Assembly: GCA_016699795.1 (NCBI GenBank)
Contig: CP065011.1
Location: 755,449-819,448 of the forward strand
DNA from: Candidatus Moraniibacteriota bacterium
Lineage (GTDB): Bacteria > Patescibacteriota > Minisyncoccia > Moranbacterales > GCA-2747515
DNA length: 64,000 bases
Reading direction: 5' to 3'
The notes under the pieces were generated by a model. That model was not told the DNA's origin. It searched no databases and worked only from the letters and a program-made list of their open reading frames with translations. Each line of letters opens with the position of its first letter. Position 1 is the stretch's first letter. The position numbers were made by a program, and so were the translations under genes. This document shows positions 51,636-62,800 of this stretch, piece by piece.

Positions 51636-54325
51636 TACGCTATTTTTTCAAACATTTGTTTAAGTTCTTTCTTTTGTTTTTGAATTTCATGAAGTTTTTC
51701 TTGGGATTCTTTTACTATATTTTCAGGAGCGTTATTTCTGTAAGAAGGATTATCTAATCTTTTTCTGAGAGAATCTTCATAGAGAGTAAGTTTTTCAATT
51801 TCTTTTTGGAGGCGTAATTTTTCAGCTTCTTTATCAATGATATTTTCTTGGGGAATATGGAGAAGAATGTGAGCAGATACGGATTGTGAAAGACAAGGCA
51901 TTTTTGGATTTTCTGAAATAAGAAATGAAATTTCGGAAATACCTGTTTTGAGAGAAGTAATAAGACTCGCATTTCTTTCCAAAAGATCGAAAAGTTTTTC
52001 TGAATTTTTGGGAAGGGAAATGATAAGTGTGATTTTTTTGGCTGGTTCTATATGATAATGAGAACGAAGATTTCGAATAGCCACTATAATATCAACAATG
52101 ATCTGAAATTCTTCTGAATTTTTTACATTTTTTGAATAAGCATCCGCTGATGGCCAGGAAGAAACGAGAAGTAAATTTTCCTTTTTATTTCGAAAACTTT
52201 CCCAGAGTGTTTCCGTAACGAAAGGCATAAAAGGATGCCAAAGTTTGAGGAGATCTTTGAAAACAAACAAAAGAATGTCCTCTGTTTCTTTAATGTTTTT
52301 TTCGAATTTCACAGTTTCTATATACCAATCAGCAAAGATATTCCAAGTGAATTCTCGGAGACGTTCGCCTGCTTGAGAAAATCGAAAATGATCAAAATCC
52401 TCTGTGACATTTTCAATAAGAGCTTTCATTTTTGAAAGTATGAAATAAGAAGAATCAAGCGTTATATTCTTTGGTAGGGAGGAAGGGCTTTCTTTTGAGG
52501 AAGATCGGTCTAGAATAAAGCGAGCTATATTCCAAAGCTTATTAGTAAAATTTCTATATTGAGCTATTTTTTCATCACTAAGGCGGAGATCGTTTCCAGG
52601 AGTATTTCCCAAAAGAAGAGAAAGACGAACAGCATCTGTTCCATATTTTTCAATAACATCCAACGGATCAATGACATTTCCTAATGACTTGCTCATCTTT
52701 TTTCCATTTTCATCACGAACAAGACCATGAAGATAAACTGTTTTGAAAGGAACTTCTTCCAAAAGATAGGTGCTCATAAGGATCATTCGAGCAACCCAAA
52801 AAAAGAGAATGTCATAGCCTGTTTCCAAAACGTTATTGGGATGATAAAGAGAAAGGTCATTTGTTTTTTCGGGCCAACCGAGTGTGGAAAACGTCCAAAG
52901 ACCTGATGAAAACCATGTATCTAGAGTGTCATTGTCTTGTTTCCATCCCAAACCTTTCGGGGGAATAACGTCGCAATACAACTCATCTTTTCGATACCAA
53001 ACAGGAATGCGATGGCCATACCAAATTTGTCGTGAAATGCACCAATCGCGAAGATTGTCGATCCAATGAAAATAGGTTTTCTCAAACCGTTTAGGAAGGA
53101 TGTTAATATCCTTATTTTTTACGGCATTTTGCATGAGTTTTTTGAGTGTGGTTTTCTTGTTGTTTCGTGTAAAAGTTTTATTTACATCAACAAACCATTG
53201 TTTTTTTATTTGAGGTTCTATAATGCCACCCCCACGAGAATTTATTGCTATATTGTGCTTGTAACCTTCTTCTATGCGGACAAGAAGATTTTTTTTCTTA
53301 AGTTTTTCTATGATTTTTTTCCGTGCTTTGAAAATATCAAGACCCAAAAATTCTTCTGAAATATTAAGCATCCGACCGTCATAATCAATGATTTGTTCTT
53401 TTTCGAGATTGTGGCGCTCTGCTATTTCAAAATCCGTAGCGTCATGCCAAGGTGTAATAGTCATAGCACCAGTTCCAAATTCTTGATCGATGGCAGTATC
53501 CTTAATAAGTGTTGCGGTAATGGGTGTATCGTCGATCCATTCTATTTGGAATGTTTGCCCGTGAGTATATTGAGAATATCTTGCATCATCAGGATGCACA
53601 ACGACATATTTATCTTTAAATTTTGTCTCTGGACGAGAGGTTCCTATAACAAAAGGTCCATATTGAAAGTAATAAAAGGGGATACTTTCTTCTTTCCATT
53701 CTACCTCATCGTCAGATACGGTTGTTTGCATTTTTGGATCCCAATTAACAATACGATCTCCTCGGTAAATAATGCCATCATCAAACATTTTTTTGAAAGC
53801 GGTATTTACAGCATAATGTCTTTTTTCGTCCAGAGTGAAAGCTTCTCGACTCCAATCAAGGGAGGATCCCATTTTTTTTATTTGATTGACGATAAAATCA
53901 TGACTTTCTTGGGCAAATTCATGTACACGAAGCAAAAATTCTTCTCGGCCGAGATCATGCCTATTTTTCTTTTCATTGAGCCAAAGAATACGTTCGACTT
54001 TTTCTTGCGTTGCAATAGCTGAGTGATCTGTTCCTGGAAGCCAAAGCGTTTTTTTGCCAGTCATTCGAGCATAACGAATCATGGAATCTTCGAGGGCAAG
54101 CATGGCTGCATGTCCGATGTGAAGATGTCCCGTTACATTGGGTGGGGGAAGAACTATACAAAAAGAGGGTGCATTTTTTTTGGTAATACCTTTTTGTATA
54201 CAAATATCAGGATTGAAAAATCCGCTATCTGTCCATTTAGTATAAATGGAATCTTCGTAAAGTTTGGGCTCATAAATTTTAGAAAGCTTTTTCATATGTG
54301 TTCTATGATAACACTTTTGACTCAT
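51635..54325 (-). CDS. valS: Valyl-tRNA synthetase
   Basis: HIGH motif PPPNVTGHLHIGHA and KMSKS motif KMSKSLGN. Editing-domain and anticodon-binding blocks. C-terminal coiled coil typical of ValS. Confidence 0.95.
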   Translation of the reverse strand: MSQKCYHRTHMKKLSKIYEPKLYEDSIYTKWTDSGFFNPDICIQKGITKKNAPSFCIVLPPPNVTGHLHIGHAAMLALEDSMIRYARMTGKKTLWLPGTDHSAIATQEKVERILWLNEKKNRHDLGREEFLLRVHEFAQESHDFIVNQIKKMGSSLDWSREAFTLDEKRHYAVNTAFKKMFDDGIIYRGDRIVNWDPKMQTTVSDDEVEWKEESIPFYYFQYGPFVIGTSRPETKFKDKYVVVHPDDARYSQYTHGQTFQIEWIDDTPITATLIKDTAIDQEFGTGAMTITPWHDATDFEIAERHNLEKEQIIDYDGRMLNISEEFLGLDIFKARKKIIEKLKKKNLLVRIEEGYKHNIAINSRGGGIIEPQIKKQWFVDVNKTFTRNNKKTTLKKLMQNAVKNKDINILPKRFEKTYFHWIDNLRDWCISRQIWYGHRIPVWYRKDELYCDVIPPKGLGWKQDNDTLDTWFSSGLWTFSTLGWPEKTNDLSLYHPNNVLETGYDILFFWVARMILMSTYLLEEVPFKTVYLHGLVRDENGKKMSKSLGNVIDPLDVIEKYGTDAVRLSLLLGNTPGNDLRLSDEKIAQYRNFTNKLWNIARFILDRSSSKESPSSLPKNITLDSSYFILSKMKALIENVTEDFDHFRFSQAGERLREFTWNIFADWYIETVKFEKNIKETEDILLFVFKDLLKLWHPFMPFVTETLWESFRNKKENLLLVSSWPSADAYSKNVKNSEEFQIIVDIIVAIRNLRSHYHIEPAKKITLIISLPKNSEKLFDLLERNASLITSLKTGISEISFLISENPKMPCLSQSVSAHILLHIPQENIIDKEAEKLRLQKEIEKLTLYEDSLRKRLDNPSYRNNAPENIVKESQEKLHEIQKQKKELKQMFEKIA

Positions 54326-54436
54326 ATGACAAGAGAAAATGAGTGGTTGTGTGTTTGGGCTATAAGGAAAAATTGACGAAGAATTTTTTTGCTTTTAGAA
54401 TAGAAATCAGTATTTTGAACAGAGAGGAAAAACGTA

Positions 54437-54633
54437 TGTTAGAAATTACTACGAAGTTGTTTGTTTTGTCTAGTAGATTTTTTCGAAGTGAAGAAGAAAA
54501 TCGTATTGATGATCTTCAAAAAGAGAACGCTCTTCTTCGAGAAAAAATTTCTCTTTTAGAATATGAACTTGATTCTATGGGACAGATTACAAGATCACTC
54601 TATTGGAAAAAATATTGTAGTCACCAACAATAA
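54437..54633 (+). CDS. Small coiled-coil protein (FtsB/DivIC-like?)
   Basis: Short hydrophobic N-terminus then a heptad leucine pattern (DDLQKENALLREKISLLEYELD). Assignment is speculative. Confidence 0.25.
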
Positions 54634-54696
54634 AAAACTCTAGCCGTCGATTATTACAAAGAATAATTGACGGTTTTTATTTTTTTAAAGAAGTGA

Positions 54697-55824
54697 TTAT
54701 TTCATAGTGTGAGCATAGTCTTCAAGAGAGAAGTTTGCTCGAGCCTCGAGATTTTTCCAAAGAGTAGAAGCTTTTTGTTTTTCAGAATCAGAAAATAAAT
54801 CCCAACGGAGTAATCCGGCTATACCAATCATGGCGGCATTATCAAGAGAAAGATCTTTTTGAGGAAGTCGGAGAAAAATATGAGGAAACTTTTCGTCGAT
54901 GCATTTTTTGAGCATTTCTCGTAAATGAATATTAGCGCTTACGCCTCCAGCAATGAGTACTGACTGAATAGAAAAACGTTCAATTGCTTTTTGTGTTTTG
55001 GATAATAAAACATCAACACAAGCATCTTCAAATCCAGCACTCACTGCCTTTTGAAAATGTTTCGGAAGAGGATCATTTTCAGAGAGATTGTTTTCTTTGC
55101 GATACGTTTTTACGGTATAAAGAACTGCTGTTTTGAGACCAGAAAAAGAAAAGTGAAAATTAGGAGAATGTATCATTGGGCGAGGAAATTGAATGATATT
55201 TTCATTTCCATTTTCATTTCGAAATTCTTGTGCAAGGCGAGAAATTTCTGGTCCACCTGGATAAGGAAGTCCCAGAACACGGGCTGTTTTGTCGAAAGCT
55301 TCTCCAACGGCATCATCTTGCGTTTCACCAATAATAGAATAAGAAAAATGTTCTTTCATTAAAACGAGTTGTGTGTGACCACCACTTACTACGAGAGCGA
55401 GAAGGGGAAATCGTAAGGAATCAATAACGGTATCATTTTCATCTTTTGGTGCAAAATTGGCATAAATATGACCTTCTATATGATGTATTCCCAGAAGAGG
55501 CTTCTTCCAAAGCCAAGAAAGTGTTTGTGCTGTAGTGGTTCCTACAAGAAGAGCAGGAATAAGTCCTGGTGCGATAGTTACGGCGAGAGCATCTAAGGAT
55601 TCAATGGAACATCGAGCTTGAGAGAGAGTATTCTCGATAACGGGTAATATGTTTTTGGTGTGTTCTCGAGCTGCTAGATTGGGTATAACTCCGCCATTTT
55701 GAGAATGAATCTGTGTTTGAGAAGATATAACATTAGAAAGAACGTGTATACTATTATTTTTCTTTTCGATAATAGCGCAGGCAGTATCGTCGCAAGAAGT
55801 TTCTAGGGAAAGAATTGTTGACAT
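54697..55824 (-). CDS. tsaD: tRNA N6-adenosine threonylcarbamoyltransferase TsaD (Kae1/YgjD family)
   Basis: N-terminal LSLETSCDDTACAI. Metal-binding GIHHIEGHI. C-terminal SGGVSAN block. Confidence 0.92.
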   Translation of the reverse strand: MSTILSLETSCDDTACAIIEKKNNSIHVLSNVISSQTQIHSQNGGVIPNLAAREHTKNILPVIENTLSQARCSIESLDALAVTIAPGLIPALLVGTTTAQTLSWLWKKPLLGIHHIEGHIYANFAPKDENDTVIDSLRFPLLALVVSGGHTQLVLMKEHFSYSIIGETQDDAVGEAFDKTARVLGLPYPGGPEISRLAQEFRNENGNENIIQFPRPMIHSPNFHFSFSGLKTAVLYTVKTYRKENNLSENDPLPKHFQKAVSAGFEDACVDVLLSKTQKAIERFSIQSVLIAGGVSANIHLREMLKKCIDEKFPHIFLRLPQKDLSLDNAAMIGIAGLLRWDLFSDSEKQKASTLWKNLEARANFSLEDYAHTMK

Positions 55825-55891
55825 ATTGCTAAAAATAGGTTATTTTTGAATGATATGTGCGATTTATTGAAGAGGAAAATATGCTCGTTTT

Positions 55892-56494
55892 ATGGGAAAA
55901 AATGAAAATGCTCAAGAAAAAGACGAATTAAATAATAGTAGCGATAAAGATCTTGTTTTGCAAATCCGAAAAGGAAATGAAAAATATTTTAATGATCTCC
56001 TTGGTCGTTACCGAGAAAAATTGTTTTTTTACCTTAGGCATTTTGTGGGGGGGAAAGAAGAGGCGGAAGATCTTTTGCAAAATGTTTTTGTAAAAGCATA
56101 TGAAAAATTTTCAAGTTTTGATCAAGAAAGGCAATTCTCTTCTTGGATTTATAGAATTGCTCACAATGAAGCAGTAAATTATCTTAAGAGAAGAAGTCAA
56201 AAAATATTTCTTTCTTGGGAAGATATTGTAACTGCCAAAGATCGATTAGAATCTTCGAGTAAGGAACGATCAGCTCAAGAAGAATGGATTCGCAAAGAAG
56301 TTCGTGATGATGTTCGGCTTGCTCTAGAAAGATTGAATGAAAAGTATAGAGAAATATTGATACTGCGATTTTATTTGGATCATTCGTATGAAGAGATAGC
56401 AAAGATTATTGATAGACCAACAAATACCGTAGGAACACTCATTAGTCGAGCAAAAAAAAGACTTCTTCGAGAGATGAATACTTTAGTAAAATAA
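55892..56494 (+). CDS. ECF sigma factor, paralog of the 7664-8305 gene
   Basis: Region 2 DLLQNVFVKAYEKFSSFD...FSSWIYRIAHNEA. Region 4 SYEEIAKIIDRPTNTVGTLISRAKKRLLREM. Confidence 0.85.
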   Translation: MGKNENAQEKDELNNSSDKDLVLQIRKGNEKYFNDLLGRYREKLFFYLRHFVGGKEEAEDLLQNVFVKAYEKFSSFDQERQFSSWIYRIAHNEAVNYLKRRSQKIFLSWEDIVTAKDRLESSSKERSAQEEWIRKEVRDDVRLALERLNEKYREILILRFYLDHSYEEIAKIIDRPTNTVGTLISRAKKRLLREMNTLVK

Positions 56495-56504
56495 AAAAGT
56501 TTTC

Positions 56505-56642
56505 TCTTTTCCGTCTTTGTAAGTGTAGCGAAGCAATCCAGTCCGATTCGAATCATTGCGAGGAGGAGTCTTCGCGTGAAGTGGCAATCCAGAGCTAATT
56601 CCTCCCCCTTAGAAAAAGGGGGATTGAGGGGGATTTTCTTTG
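56505..56642 (+). repeat. Conserved intergenic element R2 (copy of R1)
   Basis: Near-identical to 18601-18744. Followed to ~56700 by a tail (ccccctcgaagactcgggtactccc) complementary to the core gagtcttcg segment. Confidence 0.7.
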
Positions 56643-56813
56643 TATGAAATTCTTTTGTGAAATCAATACAAATCCCTCCCCCTCGAAGACTCGGGTACTC
56701 CCTTTTAGCAAAGGGAGAGAAGATATAAAAAAAGTGAAAAAACTCAATTTCCAAAAAAATAAAAAAATGATACTATAGAAATGTTATGAATAAAAAATAG
56801 AAGAAAAACAAAT

Positions 56814-59800
56814 GTGAAGAATGACTTTAAAAAAGAATTTTTCTTTCACTTTTCCCTTCCTTTTCTTTTTGGAATTCTTTGTGTTTTCTTTTTTTCTTTT
56901 TCTTCTCCTACTCATGCTTCCACTGTAACCTGGACAGGAACAACAAGCACTGCTTGGACTACAGTAACGAACTGGAATACAGGAACTGTTCCTACAAGCA
57001 CAGATGATGTTGTTATAAATTACACAGGAACGAATCAACCTACACTCGATGTAAATGGTGGAACCATTACTATACAATCTCTTACTCTTGGAGGAGGAGC
57101 ATCAACTTCTACTCTTACTATGAGTAATGGGTACAACGGAAATGATACAAACAAAAAATTGAATGTTACAGGAAATGTTACGATTCTCAACAATGGTTAC
57201 CTTACCCACACCGCAAACACTACTACAGAAACCCATAGACTCTTTATGGATATCGGAGGGAATCTCGATGTTCAGACAGGAGGGCAGATTAATGTGGATG
57301 TTAAAGGATATAGTAGTGGACCAGGAAATGGGGGCTGTTCAAGTCAAGGCGCTTCTTATGGTGGACAAGGTGGCTGTGGTTCTACTTTTATCGATACTTA
57401 TGGGTCAATCTCTGATCCCGTAAATATAGGAAGCGGAGGCGCTGGCAATGGGACGCTTGGCGGGGGTTCTACTGTTCTTGAAGTTGTCGGAGAAACAACG
57501 ATTAATGGGATTGTTGCTTCTAGTAGTATTTCATCTGCAAATCGGTGTGGCTCAGGAGGAACTATCTCTTTAAAAACAGGTTCACTTAACGGCTCTGGTC
57601 TTATTCGTGCGGATGGAGTAGTAGCTTCATATGGGACTTCGCAGGGAATTGGGGGGGGTGGTCGTATTGCTATAAAGCTCACGTCTAGTAATAATTTTGG
57701 ATCTGTTATGATGCGGGCATATGGTTATGGTGGTGCAGCAGCCGGTACCATCTACACTGAAACGGCAAGTCAAAGAGAGGGGAATGGAACGGTAATTATT
57801 GATAATAACAATCAAAATTCTTCCGTTTTTACCGCTATTCCCGCAACACAAACATGGACGATTAAAAATCTTGTCCTAAAAAACAAAGGACAAATCAGTG
57901 TACCAACAGGAACGACGTTGGATATTAGTAATGTAACAATTACCACAACAGACGCCACTCCCATAAGTGGAATAATGGTAAATGGTGGAACTTTTATCCC
58001 TCCATTAAATACCCATTCTTTTTCTCTTCCTCTTTTTTACAATTTTTACGCTCCCTATACCATCACTGGAGATCTTACTCTCGGTGGAGGATCAGCTCAG
58101 ACACAACTTATTATTACCAACGGATCCCCAACAAACAAATTCACTGTTACCGGAAATGTTACGATTCTCAATAATGGTTATCTTACTCATACCAGTGACT
58201 ATTCTTCCGAGACCCATCGTCTTTTTATGGACATAGGAGGAAACCTTGACATTCAAACCGGAGGACAAATTAATGCTGATGATAAGGGATATGGTAGTGG
58301 TCCGGGTTATGGAGGAACAAATCCATATTGTGGATCTTATGGTGGTCAAGCCCTTCCTTTGGGCGTTACTTATGGGTCTATTACTTCACCAGTTAACTAT
58401 GGCAGTGGTGGGGGAACAAATGTGTATGGTGGTGGGTCTATTCAATTAACAGTTTCAAGAAATACAAATATAGCAGGAATTGTTAGTTCAAGCTCAACTG
58501 TTTATAACGGATCTCGATCGGGGTCAGGCGGATCTGTTAATATTATTACAGAAACTCTTTCTGGTTCGGGAAGTATAATTACCAAAGGGGCTCAATCTCC
58601 TTGTGGTGCAGGTGGACGTATTGCTGTCAAACTTACCTCTGGAAACGATTTCGGATTAGTAACAATGCAATCATTTGGAGTGGGTGGAGCTGCCGGAACC
58701 ATCTACACTGAAACTGTCTCTCAAGGCCCCAACAATGGCACCCTCACCATAGACAACAACAACATTTCCACTTCAGCCCAAACCCTCATCCCCCAAGACA
58801 ACTTCACCAACAACTCCCTCTCTCTCGGAAACATCATTGTAAAAAACAAAGGACTTCTTGCCATTCCTACAGGAACCACTCTTAACACTACAGGAGACAT
58901 AACCATAGGAACTCTTAACTCTTCTACTGACACCTCACACATAGTAGCCAATGGAACAGGAACTCTCATTTCTACCAATCTCACTATTCATGGAGTAAGT
59001 GGTACAGGAGCATCCATAAACACCAACACGAAAGGTTACACTCCTACTCTTGGAACAGGAGCAGGAACAACAGGCTCTCTTGGATATGGATCAGGAGGAA
59101 CATATGGAGGAAGAGGAGGAAATAGTAGTGATGGAGCAACTTCCCCTAACACCTATGGAAATGACTTTGTTCCCGAAGATCTTGGAAGTGGAGGAGGAAA
59201 GTCTACAGGAGGAACAGGAGGAGGAGATATACGAATCAGAACGAATAACAATCTCAACCTCTATGGAACCATATCCAGTAACGGTAGCGCTGGACTCACC
59301 AATGGTGGAGGAGGATCAGGAGGATCTATAAACATACTCTATGCAAAAAACTTCACCATAAACGGTGGAAAGCTTCAAGCCAATGGTGGGGCGGGACAAG
59401 GTGGTGGAGGAGGAGGGGGAGGAGGAAGAATCGCCTATGCCTATGAAAACAAAACATTTACCAATCAAACGATTCAAACACTCGGAGGAACAAAAGGAGC
59501 TACCGCACCTGCAACTGATGGAAGCGCAGGTTCACTTAAATCTGGATACCTTGCTGGTTCTCTTATCTCTTCAGCATTTGATTCCAGTAGTGATGCTAAT
59601 GTCATGGGAACAATAGAATGGAAAGAAAATGAAATACTCCCAGCAAATACAACCGTAACCATCTCTCTCAAAACTGCAGGAACGAAAGAAAATCTTTCTT
59701 CTTCCCCCTGGACACAACTTGCACAGTCCACTGCTTCTTCTCTTACCTCAGGATGTACAAAGAATGGAATCAATGTTATCTGCTCTCTTTCTTCTATCCC

Positions 59801-62800
59801 TAATACTCTACGAGATACTATAGGAGATCGCTTCTTTCAATACAAAGTAGATCTTTCTTCTCCTGACCTTCTTTCTCAACCTCAAGTCGATGATGTAAGT
59901 GTTTCCTATGTTGTAAACGCTCCTCCTGAAATAGAATCAGTAAGTGCTTCTCAATCTACTCCCAATGATACCATTACCTTTACCTACAGTATTCAAGATA
60001 TCGATACACAAACAGGAACCTATACTCCCAACTACATCACTCCTACCTTTGAATATTCTCTTGATGATGGATCAAGCTGGCATACCATCTCTTCTTCATT
60101 CTTTACCTACAACAGCGCACCCTTTGGAGGAGATATTTCTGATCAAAACGCTGATACTATCATGGAGAATAAAGTTACCGATACCTACAAAACCTATTCC
60201 ATTAATTGGAACGCTCAACAACAACTCGGTCTTAATACACAAACAAACAATGTACGCATACGACTCACCATTACAGACAATGAAGCAGCAAACAATAACA
60301 AATTCCTTGTAAGTGATCCTTTTGGTATAGACACAAGACCTCTTACCTCCATTACCGTTTCTCAATCATACCAAGAAGCTACACTCGGACAGGTTCTCAT
60401 TTCCTATGACTATGAGATTCAACCTACTATCCAAAACAATACAACACTCACTCTTGAATACTTCAATGGAAGTACATGGATAGAAGCAGTAAGTGTAACA
60501 GGGGATATCGGACTCAATGTATCTACAGGAAACAAAAGTCTGGTATGGATTCCAAAAACAGATATCCCTGAACATTTCTCTTCTACCTCCAGAGTTCGAC
60601 TCATCGCTTCGTATCAAGTTGCTTCATACACCATGACTTCAGTAAACTACACCCTCGATACAAAAACTCCCACCAATCCCTCCCTCCTTGTTGATGCTTC
60701 CACTCAAGACCTCACCATTCCCTCCACCACATCTGTTCTTACTCTTGGAGTCAGTGATGACTCTCCAACACAGATGAAGATTTCTCTTGACGAAAACCTT
60801 ACCAACTCTCCTTGGGAACCTTTTAATGCAACGGTAACAATAAAACTCGAAACTGATCCCGACATTGTCTATACTCGCTTCAAAGATCAATACGGGAATG
60901 AAACACAAACCATACACACAACTACTCCAGAAACTCCTACACGAGTCATTTCTCAAGATACGAGTAATATGCTTCTTACCCCTCCAGAATACCGAGCCTT
61001 CGTAGGATTCAAAACAATAGAAGAACCTCCAACAGGATTCGGAAACTACAAACTCTATAGAAGTGATGACGCTACTACCTATACGCTTCAAAATATCATA
61101 ACCTCAAGAACAACAAACTTCCTTACTGATGCTACCCCACAACCAGACATTCTCTACACCTACAAAGCAAAGACAACAGACACACCAGGAAATGTTTCTT
61201 TCTTCTCACAAACCGTTACGATGAAAGCAAATGGTATTCAAGACTTCGGAGAAGGTGGAGGAGGATCAGATCAAACCCCTCCTGTTCTACAAAACGTAAC
61301 CGTAGAATCTAAAGACACCACAACCGTAACTATCACATGGGAAACAGATGAACTCTCTGACTCTCGTGTAGAATATGCAACCACTCCCAACACCTATACC
61401 AAACAAACAGGAGTCTCTACCTATGCTGACACCCAAGCACAATCAGGACTTCATAGAGTCACTCTTACCAACCTCACACCAAACACTCCCTACTTCTTTA
61501 GAGTTGCCTCTACTGATCCTCAAGGCAATACCGGAGTCAATGACAATAATGGCAATGGATATGAAGTCACAACGAATCCTGGACCTTCTATCAGTGGTGT
61601 AGCGGTATCAAGTGCTTCTAACACACAAGCAACCATATTCTGGAATACGAATGTCCCTGCAGACTCTGTACTCCATTACAGTGAAAACAAGAATGGATCT
61701 CTTATCGATCCTATCACTCTCTCCGGATCAAGTGTTCTTACAAAAAATCATCAAGTAACCTTAGATGCTCTTACTCAAGGAACCACCTACTATTTCTACG
61801 TTACCTCCACCGACTCACAAGGAAACATTGCCAATGACAATAATGGAGGAAACTATTTTCAATTCTCTACAACACTCGACGAAACACCTCCTACCATAAC
61901 GAATCTTCAAACATCTCTTATCTCAAATGACAAAGCAGTTATTACAGCAAACACAGATGAAGAAGCATCCTTCCTCCTTCAGTACAGAAAAAAAGGAAGC
62001 CTTACCTTCACACAAACAGAACAAGGAACAACATACGATAGATCTCACTACAGGGTACTCGATACTCTTACTCCTGATACAGAGTATGAATATCAAGTGA
62101 GTGTTAAAGATATCAATCAAAACGAATCACAGAGTGATATACAAACAATGAAAACAACCTTAGATCCAGAATACAATCATGCACCTCTTTCAAAGATTCA
62201 TACTATCAGTGATCCTCCTAAAGTACTCACTGATCAAAAAGCAGTCATAACCTTCCAGACGGATCAAGCAGCAAACTGCATCCTTGAATATGGAACCCAA
62301 TCAAGAAACTACCAAGAAGTTCCTCAAACAGAAGCGACAGGAATCTATGACACACTCCATTCCCTGCATCTTGGAGGACTCATCTTTAACACAACCTACT
62401 TCTACAAACTTCTTTGTGAAGATAATCTTGGAACCCTCATAGAGAGTGAAGAAAAAAGCTTCACAACAAAACTCAAACAAGTAGACAGTGGAAGTGAACA
62501 AGCAGAATCTACTCCTCCCTCTATCTCAGGAGTCAAAGTCAAAGACATTACAGGAGAGAGTGCAGTGGTGAGTTGGGAGACGGATGAAGTTTCAAACTCA
62601 CAGGTGAGATATGGGACGACGAAGGAGACTCTTCAATTTGGTGGTGACAGTCTTGTCAACTTCGACCCCACCAAATACACCACCTCCCACTCCGTAACTC
62701 TGCGAGGTCTCATCCCATCTACTAAATACTTCTTCTCCACAGGATCTTCCGACACCGCCGGAAACATAGGCACCTCCTCCCAACAAACCTTCCAAACGCA

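Noticed and set aside
53393-54376. Plus-strand ORFs of 97-209 aa opposite valS.
   Set aside because: They are antisense to valS, which has intact HIGH/KMSKS motifs. Their translations are Phe/Ile/Cys-rich and low-complexity.
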